Positions 1-8,884 of a stretch of 18,199 nucleotides of DNA are shown here, piece after piece. The translations under genes and the position numbers were made by a program. Below the pieces are notes generated by a model. That model searched no databases. It was not told the origin of the DNA and saw only the letters and a list, made by a program, of their open reading frames with translations. The DNA comes from Myxococcales bacterium. GTDB lineage: Bacteria; Myxococcota_A; Bradymonadia; UBA7976; UBA1532. Where the stretch lies: positions 64,001 to 82,199 of the forward strand of contig JACKDL010000026.1 in the NCBI GenBank assembly GCA_020633555.1. The letters run 5' to 3'. Every line of letters begins with the position of its first letter. Positions within the stretch are counted from its first letter, which is position 1.

Positions 1-867
1 GGGTCGAAGCGCCGGGCTGGGGGCGAACTCGGGGCTGCGGGTGTAGCCGCCGTAGATGCTCACCCCGTCCAGCACGGCGAAGGGGGCCGTGAAGGTGGGC
101 GCGCCGCCCACCACGATCCCCCGGGTGTTGCGCGCCGCCGCCGCCGCGATGGCGTCGGTGAGCGCGCGGAAGGGCGCCTGCTTGCTGCCGTCGCCTGCGC
201 CACCGTCGAAGTCGGCGTCCACATACAGGAAGGTGCTACCGTCGCGGGTGCTGTCGCACTCCACCTCGCCGGGATCCAGGCCCGGCAGGGTGAGATCGGT
301 GCACACCAGCCCGCCGGCCACCGGATCGCAGCGCTCGCGCCCCAGGCCGCAGAGCCCGCACGGCCGCTCCGGTGGCCCGATGCAGGCGTTGCCGTAGCTG
401 ATCACCCCGTCGGTCACGGTGGGCTGTGGATCGCAGTAGTCGGCCGGGCAGGCCTCGGCCCCGCAAGGCCGCGGCGCGTCCTCGGCGCAGGCTTCACCCG
501 GGCAGCGACACGCGCGCCCTCCGCAGGTGATGGGACTGTACTGACACTGGCCGCCCTCGCAGCCCAGGGCGATCTCGCACGGGCGCGGCGGGCAGTCCTC
601 GCCGAACCGCGCCGGATCGCAGGCGCACAGCCCGCAGTCCAGCACCCCGCCGCAGCCGTCCTCGATGGGCCCGCAGGCCGCCTCTGGGCAGACCCGGGGC
701 GCACAGCCGTCGGGCGCCGCGCCGTCCGGGTCCCGTGCGGCGTCTGCCGGCCCACCGTCTGCCACCTGCCCGTCGCCCGAGCCGGGGGGCATGGGCTCAC
801 CGCCCCCGCCGTCGTCGCACGCCACCCCGGTCGCCAGCACCGCCAGCGTCCACCAGACACCTCGCAT
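1..867 (-). CDS. Secreted Cys-rich protein with the beginning of a right-handed parallel beta-helix (pectin-lyase-like) domain. The N-terminal 289 aa are present; the 3' end runs off the window start.
   Basis: A minus-strand frame opens at the ATG complementary to 865-867 and has no stop before position 1. The GGGAG RBS sits ~7 nt upstream. The N-terminus MRGVWWTLAVLATGVAC looks like a signal or lipoprotein peptide. About 30 Cys follow in CxxC-type spacing (CGPIEDGCGGVLDCGLCACD...). The segment then ends with SKQAPFRALTDAIAAAAARNTRGIVVGGAPTFTAPF, which resembles the start of beta-helix/DUF1565-like secreted proteins. GC3 is very high in this frame. The ORF track lists only antisense or alternate-frame ORFs here (56..397 +, 414..965 -). 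Confidence 0.7.
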   Translation of the reverse strand, partial: MRGVWWTLAVLATGVACDDGGGGEPMPPGSGDGQVADGGPADAARDPDGAAPDGCAPRVCPEAACGPIEDGCGGVLDCGLCACDPARFGEDCPPRPCEIALGCEGGQCQYSPITCGGRACRCPGEACAEDAPRPCGAEACPADYCDPQPTVTDGVISYGNACIGPPERPCGLCGLGRERCDPVAGGLVCTDLTLPGLDPGEVECDSTRDGSTFLYVDADFDGGAGDGSKQAPFRALTDAIAAAAARNTRGIVVGGAPTFTAPFAVLDGVSIYGGYTRSPEFAPSPALRP

Positions 868-1079
868 GTAGCCACTCCCTGACGCATGGGCGCCCGGGCG
901 GAGCACAACAAACCGAGCGAGGGAAACGCAAGGGAGCGTCGCCCGATCCGCCGCAACTTTGGCACGGCGCGCCAGGCGTTCGGCGATGTGAACGCGCTGA
1001 GGGAGACCGCCGCGCCGGAGCGCAGCCTGGCGGCGTCCTTGGGCAGGCCCAGCCGGCGCGGCCGAAGCCCGCGCGGGGC

Positions 1080-3011
1080 TCAGTGCCCGCCGCCGCCCAG
1101 CTCGCTCTCGTCCATGTGCATCATCTTGCTGAGCAGGGGCGACAGCACGAACACCACCAGGGCCGAGGCGCCGGCCACCACGGCGATGATGCCGAACACC
1201 TCGCCGTAGGTGTGCACGGTCTCGGTGGGCGGGGGCAGCACGCTCTTGTCGCCGCCGCCGTGGCCCACGCCGGTGAAGGTGGCGATGATGGCCGACAGGT
1301 AGTTGCTGAAGGCCGTGGCCAGGAACCAGGCGCCCATGGTCATGGACACGATGCGCTTGGGGCTGAGGTTGGTGACCATGGCCAGACCCACCGGTGACAG
1401 ACACAGCTCGCCGGTGGTGATCAGCAGGTAGGACAGCGCCAGCCAGCTCATGCCCACAATGCCGAAGGCGTCGGCCTGCTGGGCGCCGTACCACAGGGCC
1501 CCGAAGCCCAGGGCGAGCTGAGCGATGCCCAGGCCGAACTTCACGGGGGTGCTCGGTTCGAGCCCGCGCTTGCCCAGGAACGCCCACAGGGCGCTGAACA
1601 ACAGCCCGAAGAGGATGATGTAGATGGGGTTCAGCGCCTGGAACTGGCTGGTGGCCACCTCGCTGCCGGCGGTGCCCATGCCCACGTCGTCCTGGCTCAC
1701 GGGCCAGTCGATCTTGGCCGTCTTCGCGGCGCGCCAGCCGTCGATGTCGGCCATGGTGATGGTCTTGTCGCCCATCGTGCGGCCGTTCAGCGCCTGGGTG
1801 ACCTCGACCTGGATGGTCTTGCCCACGTCCGCCTCGCTGACGGTGGCGGTCTCGAAGACGCGGTCCACGTTGCGGTCGGTGAACAGGTTGATGCTGCTGC
1901 CGGCCTGCTCGAAGAAGGCCCAGAACAGCATGCTGAAGAACATCATCACCAGCACCACGATCAGGCGGTCGCGCTCGACGCGCTCGCTGGCGAAGGTCTC
2001 CTTGAACAGCACGCTCAGGGCCACCGCGCCGATGACGATCATCAGCAGGCCGATGAAGCGCATCTCGATGTCGAGCACGGTGAAGAGCACGCCCAGCTTC
2101 TCATCGAGCAGCATGGCGCCGGCCACCAGGGGCACGACGGCGAAGGCGCCGATGTAGACCACCTTCTCGCGGCTCAGGCCGAGCAGCCACGGGGCCTTCA
2201 GCTTCTCCAGGTCGCGGGGCTGGCCGGCCCACTCGGGCAGGCCGCCCTTGCCGATGGCCAGGTAGGCCATGACGCCCGACAGCATGAGGAAGCCGGCCAC
2301 CAGGGCGTTGGGCCCCAGGGCGTAGATGACCTCGTCCAGGTTCAGGTAGATCATCGCCCCGCCCGAGGCGAGGGCGGTGGCCAGGATGGCGATCCGGGTG
2401 ACGCCGGCCGGCAGGATGAAGACGGCCAGGCCCACGAGCATGCCGATGGTGGCCAGCCCGAAGCCGTAGTGCCAGCCGAACTTCTCGCCCACGTACCCGC
2501 ACAGCAGCGGGGCCATGGCGGCGCCCAGGTTGATGCCGATGTAGAAGATGGTGAAGCCCGAGTCGCGCTTGGGGCTGCCCTCGGGGTACAGCGAGCCGAC
2601 GATGGCCGAGATGTTGGGCTTGAAGAAGCCGTTGCCCACGATGAGCAGGGCCAGGGCCGCAAAGAACGGGATCTGCGACTCGATGGTCATGACCAGGTGG
2701 CCGGCGGCCATGAGCAGGCCGCCCAGCACCACAGCCCGGCGCGCGCCCAGCACCTGATCGGCCAGCACGCCGCCGATGAAGGGCGTGGCGTACACCAGGC
2801 CGGTGTAGGCGCCGTAGATGATGTAGGCGTCCGAGTCGCTGCGCTCGAGGAAGCCCTTGATCATGTAGAGCACGAGCAGGGCGCGCATCCCGTAGTACGA
2901 GAAGCGCTCCCACATCTCGGCGAAGAACAGCATGAACAGGCCGGTGGGGTGGCCCCCGAACTGGGCCTGTTCTTCGAGGCGGGGCGAAGGCGGGTTCGCG
3001 GTGCTGGCCAT
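1080..3011 (-). CDS. Proton-dependent oligopeptide transporter, POT/PTR2 family (DtpT-like di-/tripeptide permease)
   Basis: 643-aa ORF. N-terminus FGGHPTGLFMLFFAEMWERFSYYGMRALLVLYM, then GGVLADQVLGARRAVVLGG (PTR2 signature 1) and FYIGINLGA (PTR2 signature 2). About 14 predicted TM helices with a ~75-aa hydrophilic insertion in the middle. An AGGAGA RBS lies 8 nt upstream of the ATG. Confidence 0.9.
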   Translation of the reverse strand: MASTANPPSPRLEEQAQFGGHPTGLFMLFFAEMWERFSYYGMRALLVLYMIKGFLERSDSDAYIIYGAYTGLVYATPFIGGVLADQVLGARRAVVLGGLLMAAGHLVMTIESQIPFFAALALLIVGNGFFKPNISAIVGSLYPEGSPKRDSGFTIFYIGINLGAAMAPLLCGYVGEKFGWHYGFGLATIGMLVGLAVFILPAGVTRIAILATALASGGAMIYLNLDEVIYALGPNALVAGFLMLSGVMAYLAIGKGGLPEWAGQPRDLEKLKAPWLLGLSREKVVYIGAFAVVPLVAGAMLLDEKLGVLFTVLDIEMRFIGLLMIVIGAVALSVLFKETFASERVERDRLIVVLVMMFFSMLFWAFFEQAGSSINLFTDRNVDRVFETATVSEADVGKTIQVEVTQALNGRTMGDKTITMADIDGWRAAKTAKIDWPVSQDDVGMGTAGSEVATSQFQALNPIYIILFGLLFSALWAFLGKRGLEPSTPVKFGLGIAQLALGFGALWYGAQQADAFGIVGMSWLALSYLLITTGELCLSPVGLAMVTNLSPKRIVSMTMGAWFLATAFSNYLSAIIATFTGVGHGGGDKSVLPPPTETVHTYGEVFGIIAVVAGASALVVFVLSPLLSKMMHMDESELGGGGH

Positions 3012-3136
3012 GACGGTCTCCTGGAAGTGCGCGCAACCTAGCAGCCTGGGGGGCGACGCACCACCTCGCCCCCGGGGGGCGCGCGGGCCCCACCCGCTGG
3101 GTCATAGTGGCGGCCCCTTCAACCGGGAGACACGGG
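3012..3136. promoter_or_regulatory. Divergent intergenic region between the POT transporter (-) and the lipoprotein gene (+). It presumably carries both promoters.
   Basis: 125-bp non-coding gap flanked by divergently oriented start codons, with an RBS on each side. No sigma-factor consensus was recognised. Confidence 0.3.
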
Positions 3137-4360
3137 ATGCGCGGGACGACGATGGGGCTGGTGGGGTGCCTGCTGGCCGGGCTGGGGCTGGGCTGCGACG
3201 ACGGCGGCGAGGGGGGCGGCGGCGTGGGCCCGGCCGGGCCTTGCCAGGCGGTGGGGGATCCCATCGCGTTGCCCGCGGCGTCGCGGTTCAAGGCGGCCGC
3301 CCACGGCGACGGCTACCTGGTGGTGGCCGAAGAGGGCGGCTTTGGCTCGGGGCAGTGGGGCACCACGGTCATCGGGGCCGACGGCCAGACCACCCACGTG
3401 GACGGCGCGCCGGGCCGGGATCCGCTGGCCCTGGTGGGCGGCGAGGTGGCCCTGGGGCTGGGGCTGGGGACCCGCTTCGACTTTGAAGAGGAGGTGGCGG
3501 TGCGGGCCTTCGCCAGCGACGGCTGGGCGGCGCCGGCGGAGGGCTTCAGCGCGGCGCCCCCGGCCGAGGCCGAGCTGTTCAACGACGAGGTCGCGCTGGC
3601 CCTGGGCGCGGACGGCACCCTGGTGGTGGCGTGGAGCGCGGGGCGCCCCACGTTGGAGGGGTCGCAGGTCTGGGTGCACCTGAAGCGTCCGGGCGAGCCG
3701 CTGGGCGCCGCCGAGCTGGTGTTCGCGCCCATGGTGGGCGTGCGCGACACGGCCCTGCACCTGGCGGTGGCGGCCGATGGGGCCGTGCACCTGGGCGTCA
3801 CCGCGCGCACCGGTGACACCGTGAGCCTGCTGCACAAGATACGGGAGGTCGACGGGCGCTGGGTGGGGCCCGCCCACGTGGGCCCGGTGCCCGACGCGGT
3901 GGGCAACGCCACCATGACCGGGCTGGTGGGCGGCCCGGCCGGGGTCTTCGCCATGGAGGCCCACGGGGCCGACTACGCGGCGGGCACCGACGGGGCCACG
4001 GTGTTCTACCGGCTCGAGGGCGAAGCCTGGGCCGAGCTGGGCCGGGTGGGGGACGACCGCCCGGTGGTGGTGGGCGCCTCGGCGGCGGCGCTGCCCGACG
4101 GGGTGGTGGCGGCGGTGGGCTACGGCCAGAACAACCTGGACTACCAGGAGAGCCGCGACACGGTGGAGCTGCTGCGCTGCAGCCCCGCCGGTTGCGGGCG
4201 CGCGCTGGTGGTGGCGCCCACGCCGGGGGTCTTCTACGACAACCCGGTGGTGGTCACCCGCGGCGACGCCGGGCTGGTGGTGTGGGCCGCCGAGGGCAAG
4301 GGGCCCGACGGCGTGGAGGCGACCTGGGCCCAGCGCTTCCGCTGCCCCGCGGCGGAGTAG
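3137..4360 (+). CDS. Hypothetical secreted protein or lipoprotein (Gly/Ala/Val-rich, probably beta-rich)
   Basis: ATG at 3137 is preceded by GGGAGA at a 6-nt spacing. N-terminus MRGTTMGLVGCLLAGLGLGCDDGGEGGGG (signal peptide with Cys, lipoprotein-like). High GC3. Recurrent LVVAW/LVVWAAEG-type strands. The upstream GTG at 3107 suggested by the ORF track is less likely. Confidence 0.6.
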   Translation: MRGTTMGLVGCLLAGLGLGCDDGGEGGGGVGPAGPCQAVGDPIALPAASRFKAAAHGDGYLVVAEEGGFGSGQWGTTVIGADGQTTHVDGAPGRDPLALVGGEVALGLGLGTRFDFEEEVAVRAFASDGWAAPAEGFSAAPPAEAELFNDEVALALGADGTLVVAWSAGRPTLEGSQVWVHLKRPGEPLGAAELVFAPMVGVRDTALHLAVAADGAVHLGVTARTGDTVSLLHKIREVDGRWVGPAHVGPVPDAVGNATMTGLVGGPAGVFAMEAHGADYAAGTDGATVFYRLEGEAWAELGRVGDDRPVVVGASAAALPDGVVAAVGYGQNNLDYQESRDTVELLRCSPAGCGRALVVAPTPGVFYDNPVVVTRGDAGLVVWAAEGKGPDGVEATWAQRFRCPAAE

Positions 4361-4438
4361 GCGCCGTAGGCCAGGTCCGGTGCGACGGCGTGCGGGGCGG
4401 CCTGCTAGGCTGACTGCCTGGGTGCCAGAGGGGTGGTC

Positions 4439-5032
4439 ATGACCGCGGCAGGGAAGATGGAGCGCATGTCCGAGGCCGAGTACCTGGCCTGGGAGGCCGA
4501 GCAGGCGGGCAAGCACGAGTGGCTGAACGGCGAGATCGTCGCCATGTCGGGGGCGCGGGCGCTGCACAACCTGCTGGTGGCGAACCTTGTCCGTGCCTTG
4601 CAACGGGGGTTGGACGGGCGGCCCTGCGATGTCCTGGGCAGTGACCAGCGGGTGATGGTGGCCGACTCCACCATGTACGCCTACCCCGATCTGATGGTGG
4701 TGTGTGGCCAGCCGGTGCTCAGCCCCACCGATCGGATGAGCCTGACCAACCCCACGGTGGTGGTGGAGGTGCTCTCGCCGTCCACCGAGGCCCACGACCG
4801 CGGCGCCAAGTTCGCCCACTACCGCCAGCTCCCCAGCCTGCAGGCCTATGTGCTCGTGAGCACCGAGCTGGATCGGGTGGAGGTCTTCGAGCGCGACGGG
4901 GCTGAGTGGCGCTTCCGCGAGGCCGGTGCGTCGGTGCGCCTGGACTGCCTGAGCCTGACCCTGAGCATGGCCGAGGTCTATTGGCGCGCCGATCTGTACC
5001 GCGCCGCCGAGGCCGAGGCCGCGGCGGAATAG
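4439..5032 (+). CDS. Uma2 family endonuclease (DUF820, restriction-endonuclease-like fold)
   Basis: The sequence has the family hallmarks EYLAWEAEQAGKHEWLNGEIV..MSGA...HNLLVANLVRAL, YPDLMVVCG, PTVVVEVLSPSTEAHDRGAKFAHYRQLPSLQAYVLV and LDRVEVFER. A GAGGGG RBS lies 6 nt before the ATG at 4439. The track ORF starts at GTG 4433. Confidence 0.8.
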   Translation: MTAAGKMERMSEAEYLAWEAEQAGKHEWLNGEIVAMSGARALHNLLVANLVRALQRGLDGRPCDVLGSDQRVMVADSTMYAYPDLMVVCGQPVLSPTDRMSLTNPTVVVEVLSPSTEAHDRGAKFAHYRQLPSLQAYVLVSTELDRVEVFERDGAEWRFREAGASVRLDCLSLTLSMAEVYWRADLYRAAEAEAAAE

Positions 5033-5122
5033 CCCCCGCCGTGCGCCCCCGGCCGGCTCCGTGGCATCGACTGCCGTGCTCGGTGTAGAACCCCGCGGCA
5101 ACCCCATCCCTCGGAGCGACCC

Positions 5123-5743
5123 ATGCTGACCCGCCGTCGGATCCTCGCTGGCCTCGTGGCCCTGACCGCCCTGGCCGTGGCCGCCCCCACCCTCGCGGGC
5201 CGCCGCGACAGCAAGCCCGCCCACGAGCAGGCCCTGGGCCAGCTCATCAACAACGTGCGCTACGGGCAGGACAACACCGCCCTGACCTTCCTGGACGGCC
5301 CGCTGCAGGGGCCCGTGCTGCTGGGCGACGCCTGGGGCAAGGGCACGGCCGAGCAGCAGGCGGAGTTCATCAAGCTGTTCCACCACCTGTTCGCGGCGGT
5401 GGCCTTCCCGAAGATGCGCGACAGCTTCCAGCACCTGACCACGGTGACCTACGACGCCCCCAAGGCGGCGGGGGACCGGATCGAGGTGGGCAGCGTGCTG
5501 CACATCCAGGCGGGCCCGAAGGAGCAGGAGCTGAAGCTGGTGTACTCGCTGAGCAAGGCGGCCGACGGCGCCCTGAAGGTGGTGGACGTGACCATCGTGG
5601 GCGAGGCGTCGATGCTGGCGAGCATCCGCGACGATCAGATCACCCCGATCATGGCCGAGGGCGGCTGGCCCAAGCTGCTGGAGCTGCTGCGGGCCCGCGC
5701 CAAGGACCTGCCGGCCATTGTCGATCAGCCGCTGAAGAAGTAG
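5123..5743 (+). CDS. Periplasmic MlaC/Ttg2D-family (HpnM-like) lipid-binding protein with a twin-arginine signal peptide
   Basis: 206 aa. N-terminus MLTRRRILAGLVALTALAVAAPTLAG (Tat-type RR motif plus hydrophobic core). Size and the C-terminal VVDVTIVGEASMLASIRDDQITPIMAEGGWPKLLELLRARAK resemble the MlaC/Ttg2D C-terminal region. It lies immediately upstream of an MMPL transporter, as in hpnM-hpnN pairs. GGAG RBS. Confidence 0.6.
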   Translation: MLTRRRILAGLVALTALAVAAPTLAGRRDSKPAHEQALGQLINNVRYGQDNTALTFLDGPLQGPVLLGDAWGKGTAEQQAEFIKLFHHLFAAVAFPKMRDSFQHLTTVTYDAPKAAGDRIEVGSVLHIQAGPKEQELKLVYSLSKAADGALKVVDVTIVGEASMLASIRDDQITPIMAEGGWPKLLELLRARAKDLPAIVDQPLKK

Positions 5744-5807
5744 CGCGCCGCACCAAGCCCTGACCCATGAACCAGCCGCGCGGCCGCGCGGAAAGGCCAC
5801 CCCCTCG

Positions 5808-8288
5808 ATGGCGAATCGGATCGTGAACGCCTGGTCGAGCCTGCTGGTGCGGCGCCCCGGCGCGGTGCTGCTGGCCGTGATGCTGCTGGCGGTGGCCGCC
5901 GGCGGGGCCGCCAGCCGCCTGACCATCAACACCAACCAGCTCGACCTCATCAGCCAGGATCTGCGGCAGGTGAAGGACGTGAAGCGGGTGGTGGACATGG
6001 TGGGCGGCGCCGGCCACCTGATCCTGGCCCTGCGCGGCACCGACGAGACGCTGCTGAAGGCGGCGGCGGACGAGGTGCACGACCTGCTCATCGCCGACAA
6101 GGCCCACATCCGCGAGATCACTTACAAAGTGCCCGTGGACTTCGTGCGGAAGCGCGCCGCGCTCTTCATGAAGACCGAGGACCTGGCCGAGGTGAAGACG
6201 CGGGTGATGCTGAAGGTGAAGGACGCCATGAAGCGGGCCAGCCCGTTCTTCGTGGAGATCCGTCCGACGCCGCCCTACGAGCTGAAGCTCGACGACATCG
6301 TCGAGAAGTACAAGCGGGTGGGGAAGAAGAGCATCACCGACGACTACTACATCAGCGACGACCGGCAGATGGTGCTGCTGCTGCTCAAGCCCATGTGGGA
6401 TTCGAACCAGCTCGGCGAGACGGGCGAGCTCACCGCGTCCATCCGCAAGACGCTGGCCGAGTACAGCCAGCGCAACGGGCACGGGATCACGATCGTCGAG
6501 GACGCCAGCAGCGAGCCGGCGGCGGATCCCAAGACCATCGAGTTCGGCTTCACCGGCACCTACCAGACCAACTACGACGACAGCTTCCAGATCCAGGCGT
6601 CGCTGGCGCCCGTGAGCCTGCTGTCGCTGGGCGGCGTGGCGCTGATGCTGCTGCTGTTCTTCGGCCGCCACGTCACCGCCATCGGGCTGGTGATCAGCGG
6701 GCTGCTCATCGGGGTGGCGCTGACCTTCGGCTTCGCCTGGCTGGCGGTGGGGCAACTGAACCTGATCACCGTCATCCTGGGCGGGATCCTCATGGGCATC
6801 GGCATCGACTTCGGCATCCACTTCGTCTACCGGCTGAAGCTGGAGCTGGGCGCGGGGCTGGCGGTGGACGAGGCGGTGGCCGAGACGGTGCGCCGCTCCG
6901 GGCCGGCGTCGCTGGCGTCGGCGGCGGGCACGGGGGCGGCCTTCCTGTCGCTGCTGTTCTCGGAGTTCCGTGGCTTCAGCGAGTTCGGGCTGCTGGCGGG
7001 CGCCGGCGTGTTCCTCACCGGCGGCGTGATGTACCTGTGGGTGCCGGCCTGCGTGGTGTGGCTGGAGCGTCGCGCGCCGGGGCTGGCCCGCAGGCTGGTG
7101 GGCACCCGCGCGCCGGCGGATCCGGCGGCCGAGGCGGGGGCCCACGGCGCCTGGGCCCGGGTGCTGCTGTGGGGCTCGGTGCTGGGCTTCGGGGCCCTGG
7201 CCGCCTTCGCGCCCGGCGTGAAGTTCGAGTACAACACCCGCGCGCTGATGGTGGAGGACCAGCCCAGCATCCGCCTGCAGGACGAGGTGAACGCGCGCTT
7301 CCAGATCAGCGCCGATCCGGTGGCGGTGTACACGCCCACCCTGGAAGGGGCCAAGCAGGTGTTCGACCTGTTCAACCCCCTGGATCCACAGCGCTTCAGC
7401 ACGGTGGATCAGGTGGTGTCCATGTACACCTTCGTGCCGCCGGCCGAGCAGCAGCAGGCCAACGCGAAGATCCTGGCCGAGTGGCGCAACGAGCTGGCGA
7501 AGATCGACCGCAAGAAGCTGCCCGCGGACGCCGAGAAGCAGCTCGACGAGGGCCTGCCCTACCTGCAGGTGGAGCCCTACGGCCTGGACGGCATCCCCGA
7601 CCTGTACAAGGGCATGTTCACCCACCTGCCGAGCACGAAGCCCGAGAACCACGGCTACCTGACCTTCGTGTACCCGGTGGTGGATCTGTGGGACGGCAAG
7701 CAGATGCTGAAGTTCGGCGACGAGGTGGAGAACCTGACCGTGGCCGACGGCACCACCTACCACGCCGCGGGGCTGCCCATCCTGTTCGCCAAGCTGGCCC
7801 GCATCGTGCTGTACGACGGCAAGCTGACGGTGGCGCTGACGGGGGCGTTCTTGCTGCTGATCCTGCTGCTGGATCTGCGCCGGCCGGTGAGCGTGGCCGT
7901 GGCCCTGCTGCCGCTGCTGGTGGGCCTGGGGGTCATGCTGGGGGTGATGGCGCTGGGCGACTTCCAGCTCAACTTCATGAACGTGGTGGTGTTCCCCATC
8001 GTGCTGGGCTACGGCGTGAGCCACGGCGTGTACCTGATGCACCGCTTCCAGGAGGGGGTGAGCCCCACCGAGGCGCTGCGATCGGTGGGCGCGGCGGTGG
8101 CGTGCAGCACGCTGACCACCCTGGCGGGCTGGGCCGGGCTGCTGGCGGCCAGCCACCGCGGCCTGAAGTCCATGGGCATCATGGCGTGCCTGGGCATGGC
8201 GGCCACCCTGGTGGTGTCGGCCACGCTGATGGCGGCGGTGCTGCAGATCCTGCACGAGCGGCGGCTGCGCAAGGGGGCTGCGGCGTGA
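5808..8288 (+). CDS. MMPL-family RND superfamily exporter (HpnN-like lipid transporter)
   Basis: 826 aa. An N-terminal TM helix is followed by a periplasmic domain, five TM helices (one carrying GIGIDFGIHFVYR, a GxxxD proton-relay-like motif), a second periplasmic domain and six more TM helices. This is the classic duplicated RND/MMPL topology. High GC3. Confidence 0.9.
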   Translation: MANRIVNAWSSLLVRRPGAVLLAVMLLAVAAGGAASRLTINTNQLDLISQDLRQVKDVKRVVDMVGGAGHLILALRGTDETLLKAAADEVHDLLIADKAHIREITYKVPVDFVRKRAALFMKTEDLAEVKTRVMLKVKDAMKRASPFFVEIRPTPPYELKLDDIVEKYKRVGKKSITDDYYISDDRQMVLLLLKPMWDSNQLGETGELTASIRKTLAEYSQRNGHGITIVEDASSEPAADPKTIEFGFTGTYQTNYDDSFQIQASLAPVSLLSLGGVALMLLLFFGRHVTAIGLVISGLLIGVALTFGFAWLAVGQLNLITVILGGILMGIGIDFGIHFVYRLKLELGAGLAVDEAVAETVRRSGPASLASAAGTGAAFLSLLFSEFRGFSEFGLLAGAGVFLTGGVMYLWVPACVVWLERRAPGLARRLVGTRAPADPAAEAGAHGAWARVLLWGSVLGFGALAAFAPGVKFEYNTRALMVEDQPSIRLQDEVNARFQISADPVAVYTPTLEGAKQVFDLFNPLDPQRFSTVDQVVSMYTFVPPAEQQQANAKILAEWRNELAKIDRKKLPADAEKQLDEGLPYLQVEPYGLDGIPDLYKGMFTHLPSTKPENHGYLTFVYPVVDLWDGKQMLKFGDEVENLTVADGTTYHAAGLPILFAKLARIVLYDGKLTVALTGAFLLLILLLDLRRPVSVAVALLPLLVGLGVMLGVMALGDFQLNFMNVVVFPIVLGYGVSHGVYLMHRFQEGVSPTEALRSVGAAVACSTLTTLAGWAGLLAASHRGLKSMGIMACLGMAATLVVSATLMAAVLQILHERRLRKGAAA

Positions 8289-8884
8289 GCGGGGCGGGGT
8301 GGCGACGGGCGCTGCTGTGCGGGGCGGCCCTGGGCGGCCTGGCGGCCTGCTCCCCGGTCAAGGAGACCTGGGTGCGGCCGGACTACAAGCAGGTGGACCG
8401 CACCAAGACGCTGCGCATCTCGGTGGTGACGGCGCCGGCGCCTGCGGGCGAGGCGAAGCTGGGGGAGCTCTGGTCGGCACTGGCGCGGACCTACATCAAC
8501 CAGCACCGTGACTTCATCGTGGTCGAGGACTACACCGATCAGGCGGTGCCGGCAGACGTGTGCAATGGGAACCTCGAGGGGTTCCTGCACTTCACGCCGA
8601 CGGTGAAGGCCCGCGCCGGCGGCGCCGAGGCGGCCCTCGAGGCGGTGCTCGTGCGCTGCCACGACCGCGAGCCCGTGTGGCGGGCCTCGGCGGCCGGCGA
8701 CTGGGACAGCGACGACGACGATCTGGACGAGGCGAAGCGCCACTGGACGGGGCGCTTCGGCGACGGCATCGCGGCCTGGGTGGTGCCCAGCTACCGGCTG
8801 ATCACGGGCACGTGCGAGGCGCTGCCCGAGCCCGAGCTGCCCACCGAGGCGTACATCCGCGAGAAGATCCAACTGGGGGAGTGA
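8285..8884 (+). CDS. Uncharacterised lipoprotein, translationally coupled to the MMPL gene
   Basis: The GTG at 8285 overlaps the MMPL TGA stop (GTGA). An AGGGGG RBS lies upstream. N-terminus VSGAGWRRALLCGAALGGLAAC|S has a canonical lipobox (LAAC). About 180 aa mature, soluble and acidic (DWDSDDDDLDE). It is the in-frame 3' part of track ORF 6395..8884, whose upstream part is artefact. Confidence 0.7.
   Translation: MSGAGWRRALLCGAALGGLAACSPVKETWVRPDYKQVDRTKTLRISVVTAPAPAGEAKLGELWSALARTYINQHRDFIVVEDYTDQAVPADVCNGNLEGFLHFTPTVKARAGGAEAALEAVLVRCHDREPVWRASAAGDWDSDDDDLDEAKRHWTGRFGDGIAAWVVPSYRLITGTCEALPEPELPTEAYIREKIQLGE

Noticed and set aside
1067-1076. Perfect 10-bp palindrome (cccgcgcggg) immediately downstream of the POT stop, considered as a terminator
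   Set aside because: The stem is too short, with no loop and no U-tract. GC-rich palindromes of this size occur by chance in this genome composition.
2101-3291. 396-aa minus-strand ORF overlapping the POT gene
   Set aside because: It is an alternate frame of the same strand as the POT transporter. It is Arg/Pro/His-rich, whereas the POT frame carries unmistakable family signatures.
3119-6121. 1000-aa ORF on the minus strand
   Set aside because: It runs antisense across four well-supported plus-strand genes (lipoprotein, Uma2, MlaC-like, start of MMPL). Its composition is Arg/Ala/Gly/Pro-rich and low-complexity, typical of antisense frames in >70% GC DNA. It has no domain signature.
5649-8255. 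868-aa minus-strand ORF
   Set aside because: It is antisense to the MMPL transporter gene. It is His/Gln/Arg-rich and low-complexity with no TM or domain pattern.
6395-8284. Upstream 630 codons of the plus-strand ORF 6395..8884
   Set aside because: Same strand as the MMPL gene but in a different frame, and Arg/Gly/Pro-rich nonsense. Only the 3' part from GTG 8285 has a signal peptide and gene-like composition and is real.
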